The position numbers and the translations under genes are program-made. The notes under the pieces were generated by a model. It made no database searches, was not told the origin of the DNA, and saw nothing but the letters and a program-made list of their open reading frames with translations. Shown here piece by piece: positions 53,452-64,000 of a DNA stretch of 64,000 bases (position 1 is the first letter of the stretch; every line of letters starts with the position of its first letter). Location of the stretch: NCBI RefSeq assembly GCF_009914755.1, contig NC_060944.1. One strand, given 5' to 3'. The DNA is from the human T2T-CHM13v2.0 reference genome, Homo sapiens.

Positions 53452-55870
53452 AGAAGCTTTTAATTTTTATAAATCTTAGTTTATTTTTTTTCTTTTATGG
53501 TTACTGCCTTATCTCTTTGACCTAAGAGATCTTTGCTTACCCCAAAATCAGGAAAATATTCTACATTGTCTTTTAGAGGCATCATAGTTTTAATTTTTAC
53601 ATTAAATCTGTCATTAATCTCAAATTAATTTTTGGCATGGTGTGAGTTTGGTTTCAAGATTTACTTTTTTTTTTTTAAATTTAACATCTTGATAGCCATT
53701 TGTGCCAGCACCACTGGTGTTTCCTTTTTCCATTAATCCAGTTTCGTATCTTCATAAAAAATCAATTAACTTTCTATGTATTGGTCTATTTCTGGACTCT
53801 ATTCTATCAATTGTCTGTTTTTCTTTTGGTATATTTCTCTTGATTGCTATAATTTCATGAAGTCTTGAGATAAGGTAGTGTGTGTCCACCAACTTTGTAC
53901 TTACTAACTATTAGTTTATTAATTTCTACAGTGAAGCCTGTTGGATTTTCTCAGAGAATAGTATCGAGTCCAGATAATTTAGGGGAGAATCAACATCTTA
54001 ATATTGGGCCTCAATATTTCATAATTTTCAATGTAGCAGTCTTGCATGCCTGTTTAAAAATTTATTCTTAAGTATTTTATAATTTTACACTACTGTCAGT
54101 AGAACTTTTGAATTTGATTTTCCAGTTGTTTGCTGTCAGTATGTAGATATACAATTGATTTTTGTATAGTGACTTTGTAGTCTGATAAGTCTGTTTCACT
54201 TCTTACTTCTAATGATTTGTTTATATAGAAAACTAAGAAATTTGCAATTATGTTTCCTGTGACTATCATTTTACCTCTTTCTTCCTAATCCTTATGTCTT
54301 GTCTTGCTTTTTATTGGTTTATTATACTGTTCAGGACTTCCATAGTGTTGAACAGAAGTCACGAGAATGGGCGTAATTGCATTGTTTCCAAGCTTAGGCA
54401 GAAAACTTTTAGTAGTCCACCATATGGTATGATGTCTGTAGGATCTGCAGAGAAAACCTTTATCAAAATGAGGACTTTGTTTCTTGGGAGTTTTTATCAT
54501 AACGATGTTTAATGCTGTCCAGTGCCTCTTTCTGTAATCTCTTGAGATGATTATACAACTTTCTTCATTCTGCCATTGAATAACATTGGTTTCATTTTCA
54601 ACTTTTAAACTAACTTTACATCCCTGAGATAAACCCCACTTGGTTGTGGTGCGTTGTCTTTTGGAATATTGCTAGATTTGATTTCTAGGTGTTCGTTTTT
54701 CTTCTTTATAAGATTTCTATATTGGTGTTGATGGGAGATATTGGACTTTTGTATCCTTTTCTTGTAATGGCTTTATTTGATTTTGGTGTCAAGGTGATAT
54801 TGGGTGTCATAAAATTAGATGGGAAGTGCTGTCTCCTTCCCTGTTTTTGGAAATAGCTGTGTAAGATCGGTATGATTTCTTCTTTAGATGTTTGATAGGA
54901 TTTACCAGTGAAGTCATCTGAACCTAGAGGGTTTTGTTTGGTTTGGTTTTAGATTTTGAGGGAAAATTAAGATTTTTTAAGAGATATTTTCAGATTTTTC
55001 TGTTGTCAGCTTTGGTAATTTGTGTCTTTTAGGAAAATTTCATTTCATCCAAGTTGCTGGATTTATTGGCATAAAATTGTTCAGAATATTCCTTTAATAT
55101 CCTTTTAATGTCTGTAGAATCTAATCTGTATTGCAGTCTCTTCATATTGGTAATTTTTGTTTTTCCATTTTTTCCTGGATCAGTCAGTCTAGCTGGAGGT
55201 TTATCAATTCTTTATAAGATCATTTATTTTAGATCATTAATGATCTTTTAGTACAGGGGTATTCAATCTTTTAGCTTCCCTGGGCCACAATGGAAGGAGA
55301 ATTGTCTTGGGCCACACATAGAATACACTAACGATAAGCTGATGAGCCAAAAAATAAAAAAAGCAAAAAAGTCTCATAATGTGTCAAGAAAGTTTATGAA
55401 TTTGTGTTGGGCTGCATTCAAAGCTGGCTTGGGCCACATGCAGCCCTCAGGTTGGACAAGCTTGTTTCAACATTACTTATTTTTTCTTTTTTTCATGTTT
55501 TATTTCATTTATTTTCAGTCTTTTTTTTTTCCTCCCTTTAACTTATTTTCAGTTTACTTTGCTCTTGTTTTATTGCTTCTTAAGAAGGGAGTTAGATCTC
55601 CTCATTCCATGTTAGTTTTAGTTATAGTCAACACATTTTGTTTTCATTTTCATTCCATTCAAAATATCTTCTAGTTTTCCTTGTGATTTTTCTTTTCATG
55701 GACACTTGAGTTATTTAAAAGTGTACTGTTTTTAATTTCTACTACATAGAGATTTATAGGTATGATATTGTTGCTGATTTCTAATTCACTTATAGTATAG
55801 TTGGAGAACATACTTTCTTAGCGAATTTCCATGTACACTAGAAAAGGATGTGTATTCTGCAGATGTTGGT
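53452..55870 (-). mobile_element. Highly degenerate L1M fragments in FRG1 intron 2
   Basis: T-rich antisense L1 ORF2-like motifs (aggacttccatagtgttgaacagaagt, tttaccagtgaagtcatctg). Confidence 0.65.
55254..55464 (+). mobile_element. MER30 DNA transposon
   Basis: caggggtattcaatcttttagcttccctgggccac...ttggacaagcttg. Confidence 0.85.
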
Positions 55871-55876
55871 TCAGGG

Positions 55877-56206
<330 letters not shown>

Positions 56207-57737
56207 TAGTTCAGTGTTTTTTAGATGTCAGTTATATCAACTGGTGGAGCTTGTGACTATGGACATCTTCTGTGTCCTTACTGATTTTTCACTCATCCTA
56301 CAATGTATTGAGAGTTATGTTAAAATCTCCAGCTGTAATTCTAGATCTGTCTACTTGAGCAGTTTTTGCTTAAAGTATTTTGAGGCTGTCATGTGTACAC
56401 ATTTAGGATTGTTAAGTCTTCCTTATAAATTCAGTCTTTCATTTTCATAACATTTTAACCTTTATTTCTGTTAAATGTCTTGATGCCTAGTTAAATTATT
56501 TGACCACCCTTTTGCTCCTGTCAAGCCTGGGCCTTTGTTAGTTTGTGCTTATTTATTAGGTTTTTGCCTGTAGACTTAGACAGTGACTCTTACTCTAGGA
56601 AAGTTTCATCCTCATGGGCCTCAGCCACATGTTCTAGGTATATTTGGTGAGTTCTCTCCACTCTGCTATGTCCCAAATTTGTGTGATCTCTGGCATCTCC
56701 AGTCAGCCCTCAGAAGTGCCAGCCACTCTGCATGGGCCTTGTGGAGCCTGCCTACTGTATGCACTCCCCCCAGCCCTTGGCCCCAGACCTGCAGAGAACT
56801 TTTGCATACTCTTTTGAGGCCTCACCCTCTTCTCCAGTACCTTATTCTATAAACTCCAAACATGTTAGCACTGCAAGACTCTCAGCTTAGTGACAGTGAC
56901 ATTGCCTCATTTTTGGAGTTCTCTACCTCTCTCTGCGTCATCAAGAAACTGCCATTGGGCAGAAAACAGAAGTGTGTGTTAGATTTGCCTCCTGTGTTTT
57001 CCTGTTCTCAAATATCACAGTCCTGTTCTGCCTGTGTTCCAATCCCCAAAAACAGTTCTCTCAAATATTCTGTCCAGTTTCAGTTTTCTCATTGGTCATG
57101 GTGGGAGGGCAAGTCCATCTTGGCTGGAAGAGGAAGTCCTTCTGCGTCTTTTTCTCTTTGTCCTTCCACCTTCTTTTGCATTGTGGATTTTCTAAACTCG
57201 CCGTAAAAATAAGCATGTGCCTATTTGTGAAGGGAAAGAAAAAAACCTTTTAATTTTTTAAAGCTGTTCTGTTGGTTCCTCACAAGGATCTGAAGGGATT
57301 GGTAAACAGGATGAAAGAAATTCTGTTTTTCACATGGAGAATACCATGTGTGACATTAATAAAAATGAGCATGTCTGTAAGCAAATAGTTTCACTGAGCT
57401 CTGCTAGATTCAGAAGCAATTGACTTACAACATCGTAGTTTGCAAAACACAGATTTGATTTACCCAGGAACTAAAGCTAAGTAAGCTATGGGTTAATAGA
57501 AGGTCTGTGAAGGGTACTTAGACTACAGTAAGATTTGGGAATAAAATTCCATTTCCGAATCTAAGATATATCATTCCTTTGTGCCAAGCACATAATGAAG
57601 GTAGAGATTTAAGGGGGCCCTTAGCACAGAAGCACTGGGTTAGTCAGAAGGTGAGGTGAGCTGTCTCACAGCCTTGATGCTAGAATGAGGGTGCCCTGGG
57701 AGTATCTTATCAGCCATGACACTGGTGCATCAGGCCA

Positions 57738-58020
57738 TTTTTTTTTTTTTTGAGACAGGCTCTTGCTTTGTTGCTCAGGCTGGAGTGCAGTGACGTGATC
57801 ATGGCCCAGTGCACCCTCGACCTTGTAGGCTCAAGCCATCCTCTCACCTCGGACTCCCGAGTAACTGGGACCACAGACTTGTACCACCATACCCAGCTAA
57901 TTTCTTAATTTTTTTATAGAGATAGGGGTCTCCTTTTGTTGCCTAGGCTGATTTTGAACTCCTGGGCTTGAGTGATTCTTCTGCTTCCACCTCTCAAAGT
58001 GCTGGATTACAGGCATGCCA
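57738..58020 (-). mobile_element. AluJ-like SINE
   Basis: Diverged reverse-complement Alu. Confidence 0.88.
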
Positions 58021-58899
58021 GACGTATGGAAACATTCTCAACTATGTGAAAATATGTGAAAAGCTTTGTTATGCATTGTGAGACAACACAGCGGGAATGT
58101 TTCACCATCTGCCTAAGGTTTAAAAGGAAATAACTTTAAGCATGTGTCTAAATAGCAAGTAATGTTTTAGAGCGGATTCTCTTAAATTCAGCTTGGGCGT
58201 CTGCAGCATATACACAGCTTGAGCTGTAACCTGACATAGAGACAGGCAACTTCAGTGCCCACTGTTCTTAGGATCCACTGCTTTTTCACAGCTAAAACCC
58301 CCGAGTGGCACCGTTAAGTATTATGTTATGTTACTTTAGTCATTAAACATATGAGCATACCTCCAAAGGTTGAATGTAGGCCACTTGCACAAAGTAGGCA
58401 GAATGCTCACATTTAATTCTTGATGATACTGTGTTTAGCTTTCTTATTCTTTGAAATCTCATTGAGAAGAAATACTGGCATCTGCTCAAAGTAATTTCTT
58501 TTTCAGTTGACAATATTATAAGTAATATTATTGTATCATTTTCCTACTTGGACAGAGGGTGAAAATTTTGAGGAGCTTCTCTGCCAGAAATTTCTTCTTC
58601 ATTTGCAAAACATTAATGAGATATTATATTTAAATGATTTTATTTAATATTAAGTGTACTTGGTGAACGTGGCATAGAACATACAAAATAAAACTAATTT
58701 AAAATTATTAACTATTACATTTATAAGAAAGACTTGTTAATCATAACACTGTTCATAATGATTCTGAATAAAGCATTATTTCCTTTACTGAAAACAATTG
58801 TAGCTATAACTCAACCACCTAAATTGTCATTAGTTTTATTGCTTTCCAATCGTCTGTAGCTGAAATTTTAATTTTGACTAATTTTCTTTTTCTCCATTG

Positions 58900-59610
58900 G
58901 TTTTGTGTGTGTGTGGAGGTAAAATATACAGAGTATAGAATTTGCCAATTTTTCTATTTTTACGTGTACACTTCAGTGGCATTTAAATACATGCACCATT
59001 TTACCTTCCCACCAGCATTGCAGAGGGTTTCAGTTTCTCCACATCCTGCCCAACATTTGTTTTTCTGGTTTTCTTGGTTTCTGTTTTCTGTTTGTTTTGA
59101 TAATAGCATTCTAATGGGTGTGAAGTGGCATTGCATTATGGTTTTGATTTATATTTCCCTAGTGACTAGTGATGTTGAGCGTCTTTTCGAGTGCTTATTG
59201 ACCATTTGTATATCATCTTTGGAGGAATGTCCGTGTATATCCTTTGCCCAGTTTTGAATTGTGGTATTTGTCTTTTTGGAGTTCTCTATATAGTCTGGAT
59301 ATTAATTCCTTATAATGTATGTAGTTTACAAATATTGTCTCCATTCTCTGGGTTACCTTTTACTCTGTTGACAGTGGTTCTTGATGCACAAAAGTTTTTA
59401 ATTCTGATGAAGTCCAGTTTGTCTGTGTTTTCTTTTGTTGCCTGTGCCTTTGATGTTCTATATAAGAAATCATTGCCAAATTCATTGTCATGAAGCTTTT
59501 CCCATTTTCTTCTAAAAGTTTTCTAACTTTAGCTCTTACATTTAGTTCTTTGGTCTATGTTAAGTTACTTTTTGTATTTGGTGTTAGATAAGGGTCCAAC
59601 TTCATTTTAG
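58900..59610 (-). mobile_element. Old L1 (L1MB-type) 3' ORF2 fragment
   Basis: ttcccaccagcattgcagagggtttcagtttctccacatcctgcc...cacaaaagtttttaattctgatgaagtcc. Confidence 0.8.
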
Positions 59611-60242
59611 CTAAAATTTTATGTATTTTAAAATTGATTATGAAAAGCATGAAATGTTTAGTTGAATAGAAAATTTTGTGCAGTGGAATTAACTGAATCT
59701 TTAAAACCTTTTTATTATGGAAATATCCAAACTAATCCATACATAGAAGAATATAATGAGTCCCCCATGTGCCCAGGCCCCAGCATTAATTATCAATATT
59801 TTGCTAATCTCGTTTCATTTCATACACACTCCCACACACAATTTTTCCTAGAAAATTTTAAGTAAAATCACAGATATTGCATCATTTTACCCATAAGCAC
59901 ATAAATGTACATTTCTTAACATGGTATGTCTTTCTCTCATCACCTGTTTTGTTCTTTACTTTTATACGTTATACTATGTCATTATCAGACCTTGTAAAAT
60001 TAACAAGAATTCCTTAATATGTCATATCCAGTTAATGATTGACTCATTTCTACTCTAGTTAAAGTACAATTTAGGAGGAGGTTTGAGGATATTTTTTAAC
60101 ATTAAGATATAAATTTTTATGACAACTGCTAAAATAATTGTTGCTAGAGTCTAACATTTCTATTGGCAAATTGGAAATTAGTATACATAGACATAGATTC
60201 TGCTCATTTTACTTTCAATCTAAAATTGTAGTTAAGATTACT

Positions 60243-60537
60243 GGCCAGGTGCGGTGGCTCACACCTGTAATCCTAGCACTTTGGGAGGCAGAGGCGGGTG
60301 GATCACAAGGTCAGGAGTTCAAGACCAGCCTGGCCAATGTGGTGAAACCCTGTCTCTACTAAAAATACAAAAAAAATTATTCGGGCATGGTGGCAGGCTC
60401 TTGTAACCCCAGCTACTCGGGAAGCTGAGGCAGAGAATTGTTTGAACCCAGGAGGCGGAGGTCGCAGTGAGCCAAGATCGCGTCACTGCACTCCAGCCTG
60501 GGCGACAGAGCGAGACTCCGTCTCAAAAAAAAAAAAA
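60243..60537 (+). mobile_element. AluS (Sg-like) SINE
   Basis: Full Alu with TSD aagattact (60234-60242 / 60536-60544). Confidence 0.93.
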
Positions 60538-61163
60538 GATTACTATGCTAGAAAGTCTTCCTGTAGAGGCATTTTTAAGAAGCATTATGATAGGCATTGC
60601 CTCTGGAAAGCAGGCATGAATAGATGGCTGGGGTCTATCATGAGAGAGACCGTTCTCCATATATCACTTTGTACCTTCACATGTTGCCTTTTGTTTTGTT
60701 TTGGTCTTTTTTTGAGACAGGACCTTGTTCTGTCACTCAGGCTAGAGTGCAGTGGCATGATCATAGCTCACTATAACCTTGAACTCCTGGGCTCAAGTGA
60801 TCCTCTTTCCCAGCTCCCCGAGTAGCTGGGTTTGCTGTATGTTGCTATTTTGTATTTTAAAAACCTAATCCTGACTGTGCTGGTAGTCGCATGAATATGT
60901 GCACATACATGCAAACAAGTACATGTAAAACTGGTGAAATCTGAATAAGCTTCATGGATTATATCAGTGTCAGTTTCCTGATTCTAACAACGTATGATAC
61001 TTATGCAAGATGTCATCGAGACAAAGAGAGTAAAGGATATGTGAGATCTTCGTATTATTTCTTACGACTGCAAAATAAAAAGTTTTTAAAACTAAGTTAT
61101 AATAAAAAAGAACTCTGTGTCAAAACTAAAATATAAAGTAGAAATATCAATTTTATTTTTTAG

Positions 61164-61289
61164 GAATCTGGTGGACAGTAACAAACTTTGGTGAAATTTC
61201 AGGAACCATAGCCATTGAAATGGATGAGGGAACCTATATACATGCACTCGATAATGGTCTTTTTACCCTGGGAGCTCCACACAAAGAAG
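61164..61289 (+). pseudogene. FRG1: FRG1 paralog exon 3 (126 bp, open)
   Basis: tag|GAATCTGGTGG... encodes [41 protein letters not shown]. Donor G|GTTTGT. Confidence 0.96.
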
Positions 61290-62068
61290 GTTTGTGTCTG
61301 GAAGGGAAGATCCTGCCACAAGTGTAGATTTTAGGACATTCATTCACTTAGGCCAGGCTCTAACTAGTCTCAAACATTTTCCAAAGGAATGGAACCATTG
61401 CATTTTACTCTTCCATTTTTTTTAATTCCTTAATATTTACCAGCCATTGGCAAGTCCCTCTTTCTAATATAAGCATTTGAAAACATTCCGTGTAGTTCCA
61501 GAAGAGTATCTTTGGAAATAATAAGAATATGAATAATTAAAATAGTAAGTGGAAGGAAAAAAGAAAACCTATTTGAGTCAAACATGTTTGAATTACTTTT
61601 TTATTCAGAGCTATTACCAAAACTAACCTGGGTGCATTTAACAATTTGAAGTTTCCTCATTTTCCTTGCCCATTAGAGGAAGCACTAATGAGATACGAAG
61701 TAATTAGAAGATAAAAAGCAGTATCATTTGGTCAGCAAGGCCATCCATTGAATAAATGAAAGCATTTAGCTTTTTTAAATAAGTGCTTATTTATGACTGT
61801 ATTTTAAAACATAAAGAGAAGCTATCTCGAAAGTTATTAAATAAACATTATATCACCCTGTCTTACTCAGTGTATAAAATTAGCACTGTAGTTAAAAGAA
61901 GGTAAAATAGATCTTGATTCCAAAGATACAGTATTACAGTGACATCAGTATATCTGAATATTCTTACATTTAATTGCAGAAGAAAATAGCCACATTTTTA
62001 AAGCAAAATAATGTCTTTATATTTATAGCAAATGTCAAATTTATTTTCAAATGTTTTTTCTCCAATAG

Positions 62069-62126
62069 TTGATGAGGGCCCTAGTCCTCCAGAGCAGTTT
62101 TCGGCTGTCAAATTATCTGATTCCAG
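62069..62126 (+). pseudogene. FRG1: FRG1 paralog exon 4 (58 bp, open)
   Basis: Encodes VDEGPSPPEQFSAVKLSDS(R); tag acceptor and GTGAGC donor. Confidence 0.96.
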
Positions 62127-63477
62127 GTGAGCTTAAGTTGTAATATAATTAGTAACCAGTGATTTTAAAAATTTAATTGTATTCATTAAAAATTTTACTA
62201 TCTGTCTTAAGCCCACGGTAATTTAGATATAAAAAATGAAATAGCTTTTTTGAGAAGTAGATTTTGTGATCTACTTTTAGTGGATTTCCTATCAATATAT
62301 AATGCTAGGCTGGAAAAATGATATGTAAGTTAAAAAATGAAGATTAATAATTTCACACACCAAATAAGATAGATTATAAAATATATCAAATAGTACAAAA
62401 CCTGGTTCACTGTTGGTATGATATTTAAACTCACTGTTTCGAAGTCTAAAGACAAACAGGAAGACTAAAAAAAAGGAATATTGTTGAAACCAGCAGAGAA
62501 TGTTACAGTATCATAATGACCAAAATAATATTTTTACTCACTATTGTTACAGTCATTTTATAAAGTAACCTTTTTTATTCTCACCTTGTGCAGAAGTATA
62601 GAATGATTCTTTGGGTAAAAGATACTGAAAGTGAATTTACATATTTTAGTAATTGGTTACATCAACATGATAATGATTTCTGTTATACAATCATTAACGT
62701 ATAAAGGAGTAAAAGTCAATTCTGGCATCCGAGGAGATTCTTGGTAAGGTAAAAGAAATCATAATTTTAAAAAATCACATTAAGATGATTATTTCTACTC
62801 TTTCTTTGAAAGTCTGATAAGTAGGGTGAAAGACAAAGAATAAAAGCAGAGGAAGAAAAAATTCAATAGTTTTAAACTGCTTTACAATTATAAACAGAAA
62901 AGGATTATAAAGAAAATCAACTGACAAATGAGGAAAATATTTGCAACAATCTTAATAGGCAGTGAGTTCTTACTGTTCATATGTATCTTGTATAGAATTC
63001 ATAGCACTGAAGACCCCAGTAGAAAAATTGCGAACAATCAGATCTGAATAGAAAAATGGACAAGGGACATTACCAGATAATCTAAAAAGTAAAAAGGAAA
63101 GGAAAAGAAAAACAATTGTTATTCTAGTTAACTACTAAAATGCAAATTAATAGGATACTGTTTTTTTCATATCAGGTTTTCGAGTATTTTTTTAGAGTCA
63201 TAATGTTTAAAAAAAAATCCATGATACAAAACATACTCTGTTAATTTGAGGTAAGAATGTAAATGGAAGCAGCATTTTCTGGAAAACAGTTTGATGACAT
63301 AGTTTTAGTAATTTATTATTGAAGTTTATAACTAAAGAGATATAATTGAAGAATGATGAATTTTGAAAATATTTGTTATGTAATATATAAGGTACAATGT
63401 TTATATTAAAAAAGCAAAATATAAAACTAAATTTAAATCTGCAGTGTCCAATATGGCAACAACCAGTCACATGTAGC

Positions 63478-63780
63478 TTTTTTTTTTTTTTTTTTTTGAA
63501 GGCACATAGTCTCACTCTGTCACCCAGGCTGGAGGGCAGTGGTGTGATCATAGCTCACTATAACCTCAAATTTCTGGGCTCAAACACTCCTCCTGCATCA
63601 GCCTCCCAAGTAGCTGGTATTACATGTGCACACCACCATGCCCAACTAACTTCTTAAATTTTTTGTAGAGATGGGGTCTCACTATGTTGTCCAGGCTGAT
63701 CTTGAACTTCTTGCCTCAAGCAATTCTCCCATTGCCTTCCCAAAGCACAGAGATTACAGGAGTGAGTCACCACTCAGCCA
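63478..63780 (-). mobile_element. AluJ-like SINE
   Basis: PolyT followed by reverse-complement Alu. Confidence 0.9.
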
Positions 63781-63924
63781 CATGCATCTTTTGAACACTT
63801 GAAATATGTCCAGTCTGAAATTTTAGATATGTACACACCCACACACATACACATGTCCTGTTTTGATGCCCTATAATTAATTTTCTCTCAGTTTTTAACT
63901 TTTATCTATCTTATTAATGTACAG

Positions 63925-64000
63925 AATCACCCTGAAATCTGGCTATGGAAAATATCTTGGTATAAATTCAGATGAACTTGTTGTTGGGCGTTCAGATGCA
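63925..64000 (+). pseudogene. FRG1: FRG1 paralog exon 5 (partial, open to window end)
   Basis: cag|AATCACCCTG... encodes [25 protein letters not shown]. Confidence 0.95.

Overview
Human pericentromeric DNA. Bases 1-9049 are about 4.8 copies of an 1878-bp, 11-monomer alpha-satellite higher-order repeat (HOR) with no intact CENP-B box. The array ends abruptly against about 55 kb of repeat-rich, segmental-duplication-type sequence. That block contains: (i) a young L1HS-Ta insertion with a 5' inversion and a ~2-kb internal deletion; (ii) a degenerate tandem cassette at 29.9-33.8 kb carrying an orphan, internally duplicated cyclin-Y-like (CCNYL1-type) exon 1, with its splice donor, a motif-rich promoter and a 65-aa ORF with a myristoylation motif; (iii) old L1/L2/MIR/Alu/LTR/DNA-transposon relics; (iv) a CpG-island promoter plus exons 1-5 of an unprocessed FRG1 paralog, whose ATG is replaced by an apparently templated inverted insertion and whose exon 2 is frameshifted, while exons 3-5 remain open from an internal ATG. 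The chr20 pericentromere is the likeliest location, but this is inference. Reference proteins and repeat consensuses were compared from memory, so subfamily calls and most repeat boundaries are approximate.
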